Positions 23,001 to 33,512 of a stretch of DNA of 38,023 bases are shown one piece after another. Where the stretch lies: contig KZ538972.1 in assembly GCA_000934665.2 (NCBI GenBank), forward strand, positions 1 to 38,023. Reading direction: 5' to 3'. This DNA comes from Catajapyx aquilonaris. Taxonomy: Eukaryota. Position 1 is the stretch's first letter. Each line of letters opens with the position of its first letter. Under the pieces are notes generated by a model, which was given only the letters and a program-made list of their open reading frames with translations, was not told where the DNA came from and searched no databases. The translations under genes and the position numbers were made by a program.

Positions 23001-26000
23001 TTTCCGCCGGACAAGCTTTCTAATCTCGGTCGATCCGCCTTCAAACCGCCCTCCTTCCATCCTCTCAGACATCCAGGGATTTGTAACTTATCTAATTCCT
23101 TGTCAACACAGAGCAAACTCCTGGGATATTACCTCTCGTCACTCACAAGTTATTGATCCCTTCTTTAGGCGTCGCCTAAGGTGCGCCCTAAAATTATCAA
23201 CACTTTTGACAATCTGCAAGGTCATTTACCTATTGTCCAAAAAATGGATATGTCCGAGTGGTCACTGACCGCCAGCCATTCTTAGCGTCGCTTACCCTTT
23301 GTACATGTATACATTTCCTTATCGTCGTTATGATGTCACCCCCGTCTTGAAAGGACAAACATCGACCGCAAATTGTACCGGAAATAGCACACTGCCTCCT
23401 AGACGGACCGCGAGGAGTCATTTCCCTATCGCACTCGTATGGAAATTACCGTTGTAATTGCCATCCTAAGGAGGTCACCCACCTTCCAAATGGGTCACTT
23501 GGGTGTGGTCACCTCCCCACCTAGATTTCAATAATTCGGATCAAAAAATCTGGCCAAAGGTCACACCGTGCCCTATGTCCCGAACGCACCATCACCATGT
23601 GCAAAAAGCCGTTACAGGTGTAAAAGCGTTATCGCTTCTGATACCTACAGATTGGATTCATTTGATAATACCCGCCGTATGCTAATATTCCCCATGGAAA
23701 AAAAAAGACCTAAACTTGTTCCGCCTCTTTTTATCTGTCCGATATCAACATTTTTCACTCCGCATTCACTTTTGCTCCCGACTGTACATTTTCCAATGAC
23801 TTTCCCCACGGCACTGACACCCAGCCAGATAACCACCGCATGAACACGACAAAAAACCTTGAGAAAACGACACGCAATCGATCCTTCCGGAAGGACTTCA
23901 CAAAAATTCCAACTTATCACAATGACCCCCCCTCCCCCTCCAAAACAACAAATATATTGGGTGGTGTTCTCGCAATATAAGTATACACAACTCTCGCGTG
24001 TTTATCCCCGCCGCGTGCAATTCTCGGAAACGAGAGAAAGCTGCCTATACAAGGGCAACTGTTGTGACACAACACCAGACTCTCCAAGGCCGTTTTGCAC
24101 TCAAAAAATATTTGCTGCTACCTTCATCTGTCCCACCGTCGCGTCGTACCACACCAGCAGCATCATGTCTGCTCAACAAATCAGTGGTGGGCAAACCTAT
24201 AAGTGAGTCTTCCCGCTTCAAATTATTACTAGCGCAAACTGGCTGTCCATTCAATAGTGACCAGAAGGTCAAAGNCCCCCCCCCCCGTTAAAAAATTAAT
24301 CTGTTTTACTATTACTTGTAAAATAATACGACCTGCTCATTAGCGTGTTCAATATAAGCTAATTCCTTCGCCCGTTTTGTGGGTAAAGATAACAACACAT
24401 ACCAAGGCCGACGGGAAATGTGGCTGCAGTATCTACACCTGATAACCAGCCATGTAAACCCCCTCAAGAACTGCAATGTACTTTCCTCCCCAATATATAT
24501 TTTTTCCTTCATCTAATAACATCAGTTCCATGCGAAATTTTCCCATCTTATCAGCGTGACTAGCAAACCAGAAAGGATTCTATTATAGTCCGCTTTTGAA
24601 AAAAAAAAAATCCGTGAATCCGATGCACCCTAAATGTCAATGTGACGCAGTACCGTCTGGTTGTGAAATCGCCTTCCCGTCAATAGGCCCCTGCCAATTG
24701 AACCCATCAAGGATGCAAATTCCGCCCCCGTTTCCTCGCCATGCTGGAGGAGGATAAACAACAATGTTGTGCAATTGTCAGAGGAATCCTACTGTCCCGA
24801 TTGGTCAGATTTACGATGGCTTTACGTAATCGAGAGGTCACATGGCAGGTATGACCATAGGTACTCACCTCGGGAGTGCCGGAAGAGACGCCACCCATTC
24901 CTGGACCGTGACTGGCGACTTCCTATTGGCACTCTGAGTCCCAGCTCCTTCAGGAAGCTGTAGGCTGAGCAGTGACCGCTTCCGGGCCGGACTTTCCTTG
25001 AGTTCCGCCCCGGGCAGGAACACGCTGTCGGTGTCCTCCGGATTCGTCCCATCCTCCAGCAAGGACCGCTTCACCAGTGGCTCCTCCTCTGCCTTCTGGC
25101 TCATGGTCCCGGCTTCGGAGGGGTCACGGGTCAGGTCCTTCACGCTAACCACAGTGCTTGCATCCTGACCGTCCTCCTCAGACGCTTCTTTCACTTGGAT
25201 CAACACACTGGCTCCCGAGTTCTCTGGGCTCTCCGACCTGTACCATCAGAAACGTACCGAATCTCATTCAACACTACATATCCAATGCCGTACCTGGGTA
25301 CGTGACTCCCGTCCGGCCCTCGCCTTGGAGAGCACTGAGGGGTTTCTCCCAGGGCCTCGGTGGTTACCAATGGCGAATCGGACTCAAGGACATCCACAGC
25401 CTCCTCCTCCTGACCCGCTCCGTTCGTTGTCTCCGTCCAAGATGAGGTTAAGACCTGACCATCTTCCTCAGAGCAGGTCAACCCGGCCGGAAGGTCAAGG
25501 TTGATGTCCTCCTCTAGGGGAAGACGGACAAGTGGGTGGTTAGTGGCGGTCAGAACTGGATGGGCAGTCACGCGAGCTGGAGGACATGTCACGGCTCAGG
25601 GGCTTGTGACGTACCAGTACAAAAAAAAGGCCGGTGACGTAATGACAGCCTATGGTCTAACTGTATATTGAATACCTGAGGAGGAGATTTAATTAGGCAC
25701 GTGTTGAAATGAATCGGGGCGGATAACGTCACTGAATTCGACCTGTAAACCCTACACATCCGATTGGCAATCGCAGTTCTACATTGCGGTAGGTCCTAAT
25801 CAGGCTATGCTAAAAGTCAAGGCTTCGGTATCAAATTAACCCTTTGCCGTTTTGACCCCCGGCATTTAGACACCAGAGCAGCTATAATTCTTCGAAAACA
25901 TTCCAATTGAATCCAACGCTCAAACGATCAATATCACATACCAAAGAGCGTCCGAAATTTCCTAGAAAACCATTCACACATGTACTATATCGCTCAAAAA

Positions 26001-26669
26001 GATGGAGACGATTTTGCATTGAAACCAAATGCACAATCGTCTTCATTTTTTTCAGCGATAGTACAGTCACTCCCAGGATTGAGGTAGCAGACCTGAAGCT
26101 CAAAATAGCCTCCATGAGAATTTTGAGTTTCAGGTCTGCTACCTTACTCCTGGTAGTGACTGTACCTTGTTGAAAACATCTAAGCATGACGTGATCACAA
26201 TGGTGCGCCAGGTTGATCCTCTGAATAACCCGCTTACCTTGACTCCCCTGATTGGAGGCCTCTCTCTGCAGCAGGCTCCTGAGCCGAAGCAGCCTGGCCC
26301 TGGCCGTCGATGCCACTGACCCTGTGGAGGTGCTCAGATTCAAACTCTTAAACTGCGACGACGCCAGCGATGCCGTCCGTTGCAACCTTTGCCTCAGGGA
26401 CAACCTAGGACTAGGTGGGCTAGAACACGACGTGGACAATGCCTGAAGATGTACCGGTTGTTGCGGGTTATTAACCGTGGTGCTGGCCGTACTGCTGGTG
26501 GGCGACGGTAGGGCGTTCCAGGTCTGGAAGGAGCGTCGTAGGAAGGTAGCGATCTTTCGACTGGTGCTGGCGTCCGAGGGTGAGGGCGATGGTGTACGAC
26601 CCTCTTTTACCTCTTCTTCCTTGTCCGATGGCCCTGTTGGTGATGGCGGGGCCTCCCAGACGCTGGATC
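10795..26669 (-). CDS. olf186-M: ITPRID2/SSFA2/KRAP-like IP3-receptor-interacting protein (olf186-M-like), multi-exon, 5' incomplete. join(26669-26238,25576-25294,25237-24869,21093-21026,20661-20622,20270-19961,19896-19803,18444-17510,17444-17268,17201-16893,14474-14412,14317-14054,11019-10795)
   Basis: Hand-spliced exons with AG acceptors, GT donors (one GC) and matching phases give one open frame to the TAG at 10795-10797. Family motifs occur in the expected order: VQEWVASLP; EDTLGLGAEA; SSLSSVESLLEARRGDAEEMLLDLGFGG..RIPKRFLRPSQVKGVDFEHFLKYQ (KRAP_IP3R_bind-like core); SFDMEE..RAASAQSDSSGFMD; C-terminal coiled-coil (SSFA2_C-like). Family recognised from memory of these motifs, not from a database search. 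Confidence 0.88.
11530..11953. mobile_element. Tc1/mariner-type MITE (424 bp), copy 2, in the last intron, opposite orientation to copy 1
   Basis: Same TIRs with TA TSD (11528-29, 11954-55); interior is the reverse complement of copy 1. Confidence 0.92.
12717..12825. mobile_element. Small palindromic MITE-like hairpin
   Basis: GGGTGAAAT..TGCACTGCTAGT..GCAGTACC / GGTACTGC..ACTAGCAGTGCG..ATTCCACCC. Confidence 0.6.
12951..13260 (-). mobile_element. 3' fossil of a Tc1/mariner-superfamily element with a CAGGGTGT-type TIR
   Basis: Frameshifted reading YNNEPR..EDLESNISEASRAVYEDMLRRIFDN..EGQSQHLL resembles the C-terminus of transposases ending GGHFEHLL; TIR-like TAGGGTGTTTCA at 12951. Confidence 0.55.
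13260..14021 (-). pseudogene. Decayed mariner (Mos1-type) transposase, 5' two-thirds
   Basis: EQHFFIKIQVACGKSARQHH..ACGDSALPYCNVSRWVQAFKEGK (HTH); ..EGEAFLMCIVTVCET..LELK*QSAEW (first catalytic Asp region, mutated); stops and frameshifts; TIR-like TA-CAAGGATCATGC..GGCAACA at 14023-13994. Confidence 0.8.
14054..14317 (-). CDS. olf186-M: Coding exon L (264 nt), coiled-coil: QRCLEVEAVGMALKAYEQELEQQ...AAGILSQ
   Basis: ORF 13928..14287. Acceptor TTCCTTTCAG|; donor CAG|GTAAAC. Confidence 0.88.
14412..14474 (-). CDS. olf186-M: Coding exon K (63 nt, phase 0-0): VRGYLVSTGKEQEFACQSLVE
   Basis: Branch point CCTAAC plus acceptor TGTCCGCAG|; donor GAG|GTACGT; open frame; 94-nt intron to exon L. Confidence 0.65.
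16394..16613. mobile_element. Tc1/mariner/pogo-type MITE (220 bp)
   Basis: TIRs CGGTAGTTTAACATCTGTGTCTC / GGGACACAGTTATTACACTACCG; TA TSD. Confidence 0.7.
16893..17201 (-). CDS. olf186-M: Coding exon J (309 nt; alternative donor at 16950 gives 252 nt): CVPESVAISFESQ...ELSSALA
   Basis: Follows a 66-nt intron. Acceptor TTTTTCTGCTAG|; two phase-0 donors, GCT|GTATGT (16893) and AAG|GTTAAT (16950); ORF 16641..17186. Confidence 0.78.
17268..17444 (-). CDS. olf186-M: Coding exon I (177 nt): ITGPEDELP...RAASAQSDSSGFMD...NPLT
   Basis: Follows a 65-nt intron. Acceptor AAGCAG|; donor ACA|GTAAGT; conserved QSDSSGF motif. Confidence 0.9.
17510..18444 (-). CDS. olf186-M: Coding exon H (935 nt): GPFGQRPSAIVARILEKI...SESFDMEE
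   Basis: ORF 17441..18487. Pyrimidine-rich acceptor TTTCCTGTTGGTTCAG| (phase 1); donor GAG|GTTTGT. Confidence 0.92.
19494..19747 (-). CDS. olf186-M: Putative alternative terminal exon (short isoform): GNETNAGSSPEV...KLEPATEV*
   Basis: Acceptor ATGCTTGCAG| 55 nt after the exon G donor, phase 1 and in frame; open for 84 codons to TAA (ORF 19494..19760). Confidence 0.5.
19803..19896 (-). CDS. olf186-M: Coding exon G (94 nt), core part 2: VKGVDFEHFLKYQQELGEMYDSGLCGYRGLT
   Basis: Follows a 64-nt intron. Acceptor TTTTTTACAG|; donor CAG|GTATG; continues the conserved motif. Confidence 0.92.
19961..20270 (-). CDS. olf186-M: Coding exon F (310 nt), KRAP IP3R-binding core part 1: ...SSLSSVESLLEARRGDAEEMLLDLGFGG...RIPKRFLRPSQ
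   Basis: ORF 19877..20257. Acceptor TTTTACAACAG|; donor CAG|GTACAA. Confidence 0.92.
20622..20661 (-). CDS. olf186-M: Coding micro-exon E (40 nt): AGYFDDAHLDDTSR, with GC donor
   Basis: Acceptor TTTCATTGCAG|; donor CCAG|GCAAGT; supplies the phase 1 to 2 bridge required between exons D and F. Confidence 0.75.
21026..21093 (-). CDS. olf186-M: Coding exon D (68 nt): TEDDGEDVALEPAEDTLGLGAE
   Basis: Acceptor TGTGTTTCAG|; donor AAG|GTATG; phases 2 to 1 fit the neighbours; encodes the family D.L.LGAEA motif. Too short for the ORF track. Confidence 0.88.
22184..22698. mobile_element. Non-autonomous piggyBac element
   Basis: TTAA-CCCTGGAACCGCGCCGTG ... CACGTCACGGTTCCAGGG-TTAA; subterminal IR GGACCCCA / TGGGGTCC. 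Confidence 0.8.
22415..22595 (-). mobile_element. tRNA-derived SINE
   Basis: Minus strand: A box TGGCATAGTGG, B box GGTTCGAATTC, then GGTTTTCTGGGGTTTTCC..CCACAGCCGCTTCCTTCC body typical of insect SINEs. Confidence 0.85.
24869..25237 (-). CDS. olf186-M: Coding exon C (369 nt): SESPENSGASVLIQVKE...VQEWVASLPALPR
   Basis: ORF 24865..25206. Acceptor GGTACAG|; strong donor GAG|GTGAGT; conserved VQEWV motif. Confidence 0.88.
25294..25576 (-). CDS. olf186-M: Coding exon B (283 nt), acidic: ARVTAHPVLT...GSHVPR
   Basis: ORF 25200..25592. Acceptor TGTCCTCCAG| (phase 1); donor CCAG|GTACGG (phase 2); 56-nt intron follows. Confidence 0.75.
26064..26162. mobile_element. 99-bp palindromic Tc1/pogo-type MITE
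   Basis: TA-CAGTCACT...AGTGACTG-TA; arms pair over nearly the whole length. Confidence 0.75.
26238..26669 (-). CDS. olf186-M: Coding exon A (432 nt, phase 1-1), Ser/Pro/Arg-rich: GSSVWEAPPSPTG...REASNQGSQ
   Basis: Lies within ORF 25882..26754. Branch-point/acceptor ACTAACTGATCTGTATTTAG|; donor CAAG|GTAAG; phase fits exon B. Confidence 0.7.
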
Positions 26670-29600
26670 CTAAATACAGATCAGTTAGTTGTGGCTGCCT
26701 GCTAGCGACTGTTCTTATCGCAATCGGGAGGCCCTGGCGATTGCATGTAAACACCTTGTTGTCGCCCGTCCCTCATTGGTGCGGAGCTTGAGTTGCGACT
26801 TTTTTAAACCTCCAGTTTTCTTTATACTGGTAGAACCTGCACGCGCGCTTGTACTATAAAATCCTCAAGAGCCCATTAGTATATGCGAGGTTTCACAAGA
26901 ACCAGCTCGTCAAGTGCCTGAGGGTTTGCCAATATTCTGGGTGTCTAATAAAGGATGTATTATTCTTACAGAAGGACGATTAATCGTGGGATAAGCTGCA
27001 TCGTAACGATTGCATGCTGCTGCATTCGGAGCTTCATTGTTACTCAGCATAATGGTCCAGATATTTAGTTATGCAATAAACGATTAAGTACGGATTGACA
27101 CAAGAGTCAAATGTGGTTGAAAAAAAATTCTACAAGGACATTGGACATTTTGCCGCTGGCTATTTTGCTACAAACTTTTGTGCACGATTTCCACTGCAGC
27201 AAAACTTGTAGGCTATATTGAGTTTTGCCAGTGGAAAACAGGTTTCGCCATCCATTTTTCGCCAGTGAAAATCGAGCCTTACGGCCATGTATCCATGCGA
27301 ATATTCGACATCTGACCTATAGGACATCTGACCCAAAGTGTGGGTGGAAATTACGGCTATAACCAACCACGAAAAAGAATTTCAAGTTATACGTACCGGT
27401 ACTTATTCAGCGTAACGACATTTACACATAACTCCCTGCAAATTGCAACCCTCCGTTGATTGGTCATAACGGTAAATTCCACCTACATTTCCACTGCAAC
27501 CCTGGGATAGACCGCACAATAAAATATGGCTACTTCATGTCACTTTCATGACTTGATAAGCAAATTAGTACATGCAAAATTTTCTCCCATAGATTTCCCG
27601 GATATAAATTTGTCCCGATTTTCTCCAATATATCCGGATCCACCCAGTACCCAGTACGAAACAATGCCTGACATATATACATGCGGGAAAGACACTGCAC
27701 ACTTACACACAAAAGACAGTCACCAAGCATTCCCAGACTGTACATACACTATACATGCAACACTTGATTTATTATCCACTCTCACAAAACAGCAGCTGTT
27801 CTAGTGTTATGAATATACATTATCCTGGCAGATGCTTATGGAAATCACATGCGCGCCAGTGCTCCCTGTACCGGATTTGTTGCATGCATATTCAACCCAT
27901 TTTTTTTAAAAATATCACTTAACTTCCCTATATATGCACTATCAGGTGACACTCCCAAAAAGTGGGTCAAATCCATCTGGGGGACATGCCCCGGGGGATA
28001 TGCTTATTAGTCCCCCCTCTTTCATGTATCCGAAGATTAATATGTTCCTCAAGGACAGTATGACGTTGACGACACCCTCCTTTTTTAAATACACTACTTA
28101 CCCACTCTCGTTACAACATATAAATACCGCGTCTTATTATATCAACACTCGTTACATAACACCGTGCTTTCAACCCTACGCGATTTGGAACCAGAATCCG
28201 GAAGACTTTTTCCGTCTGAATGAATCCGGTTTTTTGGCAGCCAACAGGCGTCGATACTCTCACGCCCACCAAACGGAAGTTACATGATCAATAGGCCGGG
28301 TCACCGCCTCAAAACCTCCCAAAAAAGCAACAAACTTCCCTCCCTTTTTTCCCCCAAAAAAGAAGACATGCGACATTGCATATAACACCCATGCTATAAA
28401 TTGTCCCCCATCAACCATACCTTGGTTCATATCTCCGTCCATTCCGATGTCTTCCGCTCAAAATGAACCCCACCCTCATCGCCAGTACAATTCTCCACCC
28501 TGTGTTCAAAGAGGATTTTTGGAGAGGTGTTACTCTTTTTTTTAAATGTTATCTAGGAATCGTCTAAGAGGCGCCACTGGGCCGACAGCCCTTAGTACGC
28601 AGGTTGGCTTTTTTACCCTCCCTCCCTCACTTCTATATCGTCCGGTCAGGATACGCTTCTCTGCGCATTCTTGAGGTTAATGGTCGGCTCCATTGCCGGC
28701 ACTGTATCTTTTTAGTCGACCTCAATTCTAGAGCTGCAGACCCCTTTCGGTATGGTCAGTTTCCAATGAGCGACATCGCTCCCTGACCTCAGTGAAATCA
28801 CTGATATGTGAGACGTCATCCATACAGTACAGCACATCCCGATCATTTTAGGCATAGTTATTATGAATTGAATTTTTAATCATTTATAATAATTTCACTA
28901 CAAATATGTTTTTAAATTTCATTACAAATTTGTCAGTGTGACTATAGCGTGAAATCACGCGTCAACCTTCCCCTATCAGGGTGACGGCTGAAGCGATGTC
29001 GCTCCCGGGCAAGAAATCGCGGGAACTACCAGCCCCATCTACCGGCACGATTAACGCCATCAGACTCCTTTAATTACACTAACTTGTCTCTGACGTCCAA
29101 AATTCGCGTCCGAATTTCTTTTTTCCCCTCCGGATTCCGGATGGTCGTTTGGCACGGTCGACGGGTCGCCCGAATTCCGTGACTTTTTTTTTTGTTTTTT
29201 GTTTTTTGTTTTTTTTACGAGAGAGAAACGTGTGTCCCGAACAGATGGGAACTACAGGCTAGGCGTGGAGTGTAGCTTTTGTTTGCACTATCGATTCCTG
29301 AGAGTTACCCAAGGGCTGATCAGGCCTTAATCCACTCCCAATTATACAGCGTGGGGAATTCATAATCTAATCCTGATCTCCACGGGAAGGGGACCTAGAG
29401 GAGAGAGAATGAACATCGCACGTGTATTCGCAAAAGCCGATTTCTATTTTTGGTCTATTTCCAGCTGAAACTGCTGCAAAACTGACCTTTGTAGATCCGC
29501 CAGCCAGTGGTCCAATAACAGTCAAACTAATGGAAAGTATGGGAATGAGGATCAAAAAAAAATCGACAAAAGTTCCAAATACCGGACAGTATCAGAAGCA

Positions 29601-32600
29601 TCCTAAATTTAGTTCACTCTAGTAGCTCAGTACTTTCATGTAGGAATTAGCATTATCATGTATTCAAATATATTTTGAGTTTAGTGCTATCCTGTATGTG
29701 CGCTTTAATGCAAGGAACTTACGACCCCGACCAAAATACATATCAAAATGCAGCGGTGACCTTCTAGTAATCGGATTCCGACAATGGGTTCTACGCTGCA
29801 TATTTAGCCGACCTATAATGGGCTGGGTGTGATACCACGTTCATTACTCAACCGATGCCATTAGTGCCATATATCGATTTTCTCAAATTTATTCCTCGAT
29901 GAGCCCAACCCTGAGTAAATACCGTGTATCTTTTATGCACGTGCCTAATAGATTGCACAACTACATCACTAATGGTCATACATATTTCAAGACTCGTCAA
30001 AATGCCAAAATTGCCATACTTGCGGAAAAGTACTTGTACGATATGAAGCAAAAGGTACTGTGCCAGATGCTAAATCAGTGTACGAACCCAATTATTATTA
30101 TTGTCAACACTAGCAGTACTACTAGGTCTAGTAATAACACCCATATCCTGCATAGTGAATGACGCCGAGAAAATTCGTATCCTTACTAGAACTGATACCC
30201 TTATCTGTCAGTGGTTACATTGCTGAGGAAAAATTATTGGATGTCGCTGTTCGTATCAGTTAATGTCTAGTTTCGTCCATGTGGAAGTTCTGGCGTAATG
30301 TAATAGTCGAAGAGACTGCTCTTTCTTCGTTTTATTAAGCTGGATCAGCGTCTCCTACAAAAAGGTTTTCCAATTCAATCCCAGTAGCCTACTTCTGAAA
30401 TGAGTTTAAAATCGGATTGCACGAAATTAATGTAATTCTGCAGATTTCCATTTTATCCGATAATTTCTCACAAACGAAGAGTACAGAGCTCTACTAAACT
30501 TCTTATAAGCCCCTTGATTTTTCAGGCATCTAAAATCTAAATGATAATGGTTTTCACCTCCTTTTCAGTTATTGGAAAAATTACATCAAGCAGGAGTACT
30601 GCAGAATTGAGATTTTATCCTCAAATGGTGCTTGAACGAATCGTCCGTCACGTCAGACATGTAATGAAACCACACGTTTTGCAGAGCAAGTTACCTATGC
30701 AATTTCGCACTACGAATACACCGATACCTTTACCTGCGCCGGCATTTATGAGCTTCGGAATGCAGATCTACAGATGCTTCAAGGTGTCGGTACGAGAAGG
30801 TCGTATAATTTAGTCGCACAGTACTACATTACTATGCCAGGATTGCGCTACACAGTAGATAACAATGCAGAAAGAGGTTCTTATTTCCTTACTATAACAA
30901 GCCGATATTTTCCTCGTGGATTTTGGATTAATATTACAGATATGTCTTGATCTGCAACTTCGACTGACAGTAACCTATGCAAGAAAAGAGAAAGTCGAGG
31001 ACTGATACTGGGCTTAAGTGCGACTCCACAAAGGAATATAATATTGTGCACGAAGAAAAGGACCTTATTCCTCCGTAAAAATAGGCACTACGTTAATCCT
31101 TCAATATTTACTAATCAAGTGGGTGTATTTTCTCGTATGGATATCACGCGTATAAGCAGACATCCGGTATTTTCGGAGATCGGTCGTTCCAACTTTCTTT
31201 TAAAATTGTTAATCGCCTCGGCACAAACACCGATAAACACACATAGCCTACTAACTAATTTGCTTGTGTAATTTGAGTACTCTTAAATACTACAAAAGTG
31301 ATGTGTAGTCTGCTGATGTGTGACTGAAATTGTCATTTAGTAAAACCTGTGAATTCTTCAAAAAAGTGGTCGGACACTGAAGGCACGTTCCAAATTTTCT
31401 GGTGCGCCCATGTGTATAATTATTTATTAATCTCCTGCAATTACGACTCTTTATGACCCGGATTCATGAAGTTCTACTCAGAACACTAGCGTGTGGCACG
31501 ATCAGTCCATTGTAGAAAAAAAAAAGCTAGCAGACAAAAATGGAAGTAAGAGAAATTGCTGGCACTCTAGACAAGCAGTTTGCAATGTCCCCTTCTTTAT
31601 GTGGTGGTCCTGCAACACATCACCGTGTGTGAGAAATGTAGTCGCCCGCATATGCTTTGGTGAACCACGTATTTGCAGGCCCTATGTTCCATTTCCTCAC
31701 GATACGTGCCGTATAAGCACTTGGCCTTCATGTTTATCACACGTCCTGCATGGTAATGTACTGGTGGTATAGGCGACTATGCTTCCTGCCGTTGACATTT
31801 TAATGCTACTTTGAATAACTATTATTAAGCTTCCAGTACTATTAGTATTGCTACAATCGTGTTATCACATCTTATTTTACTTCTATTGTGTTAATATCAT
31901 ACGGCCAATGACTATATTGGCGTCTTGTCTGCCTTCTGTGCTGAAAATGCAAGTTAAGAGGTCAAGAGTCAATGCAGCATTAGGTAATTATTGCAGGGAT
32001 TGCATCAAATTATTTCCAATCAATATATTTATTATTGCAAGATTATGGCAAGCTGGCTAACGACTGACACACTGCATTGTCCTGATGTAGTATGCAACCC
32101 ATATGCATTGACTGCTTTTCATTGGATGGCATACCTTGTAGGACCAATAATAAAATTTATTCTCTTTGTCAAAAGTTCCTGGCACATTTCTCTGTCTAGA
32201 TTCCGTTAGCAATACGAGAATACCAATGCTTTTGCTCTACCCACGGTTTACATGTGTCTGGTATTACAGGGTAATCCCACTGTATGAGGACTGTTATTTG
32301 AAAACGCAACGACAGACGATCGGCGAAAAGGGGCCCAAAGAGAGAAGAAAAGTCTCACCCGCTTGAAATGTGAATTAACAAGTTTTTGCAGAGCCCGGTT
32401 CAAATATAGAGTATCCCCGCCCTTTATATTAAGTTACCGGTACTTCTTCCAATCGAGTTTTCACACTACCGCCTCCGGTATTACGTGCCTGGAAGAAGAA
32501 ACGAGGACAAACAACCAGGAGCGTCCGAAAGTCCAGAACTTGGGAAAAAAATTGTTTTTGAAGCGTTCCCGTTTGACACTAACGAAACTTGAACATTTTA

Positions 32601-32744
32601 AGGCCGATAATGTTTATAACAGGCGGAAGTCTATCGACAAATGTCAACACGCGTGACCTGTAAAGATATCCTAAACCCTCTGAACCCAAAAGGCAAATGA
32701 CACAAATCTACGTCCTTGCTATAACCACGTCCCTGACTTTTTAC

Positions 32745-32895
32745 CTTGAACCCTCTCTCCTTGTCTATAAATACTACCATTCGTGCTAACGAACCATTTT
32801 CTCCCCTCGGTACGATGTCGGCTCGTGCCCTCCCAGTCTCCTTCTTTGTCTGTCTCCACCCCAAAAGGGCACAAGGATAGCACCAACACCAACAT
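32745..32895 (-). CDS. Candidate (unconfirmed) first coding exon: MLVLVLSLCPFGVETDKEGDWEGTSRHRTEGRKWFVSTNGSIYRQGERVQ
   Basis: GCC-ATG context, in-frame upstream TGA, and donor CAAG|GTAAAA in phase 1, matching exon A. No homology support. Confidence 0.2.
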
Positions 32896-33155
32896 GGCAT
32901 GTCCTACTCCTACGCCTCTCTCCAGGACTATGAATCCGGTCCATTCAGTAGCCGAAGCTCATCTATCAATTGAGCACTCTGATTGCCATATCTCCCTGCC
33001 ACATAAACTAACCAATTGAGCACTGCCAGGGCTAAATAAAAATGTGTCGCCACGCAATTCAATATGGCTGCCAAAGAGAGCAAAGTACCCGGATGCTTCG
33101 TATTTAGGCGACATGGCCCTGTAGGTCCAGATTAGAAAGGCACAGTATACTAGAG

Positions 33156-33512
33156 CAGCGGTTCCCAAACTTTTTGAGTCGCGGAGCACTTTTCAGGATA
33201 GAAATTCGTGATGGAGCACTAACACAGGTGCGTAGGCAGGGGGGGGGNNNNNNNNNNNNNNNNNNNNNNNNNNNNNNNNNNNNNNNNNNNNNNNNNNNNN
33301 NNNNNNNNNNNNNNNNNNNNNNNNNNNNNNNNNNNNNNNNNNNNNNNNNNNNNNNNNNGGGGGGGGGGGATTTTTATATCCAATTCACAGTTCATGGCTG
33401 CACAAATTCAAAATTTTGAGACCTTCTCACATTTACTTTACAGATTTTATTTCCCAATCTTTTCGCGGAGCACTTGGGAGATCCTCCGCGGAGCGCAGTT
33501 TGGGAACCGCTG
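33156..33512. mobile_element. hAT (Charlie-like) MITE spanning the assembly gap
   Basis: TIRs CAGCGGTTCCCAAACT / AGTTTGGGAACCGCTG; subterminal CGCGGAGC repeats; imperfect TSD TACTAGAG / (T)TACTGGAG. Confidence 0.78.
33248..33358. other. Assembly gap (111 N) between poly-G runs
   Basis: Direct reading. Confidence 1.

Noticed and set aside
23230..23421. Alternative coding first exon with donor TAG|GTAAAT
   Set aside because: The frame compatible with exon D contains a TGA; at most a non-coding exon.
25836..25862. TTAACCCTTT piggyBac-like end
   Set aside because: No matching opposite end found.
25882..26237. C-terminal part of the 290-aa ORF
   Set aside because: Read-through past a GTAAG donor into intron; its ADLKLKI segment comes from the palindromic MITE.
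28560..28760. Possible 3' remnant of an RTE-type LINE (minus strand)
   Set aside because: Only a vague GR.KR / DR similarity with stops; not supportable.
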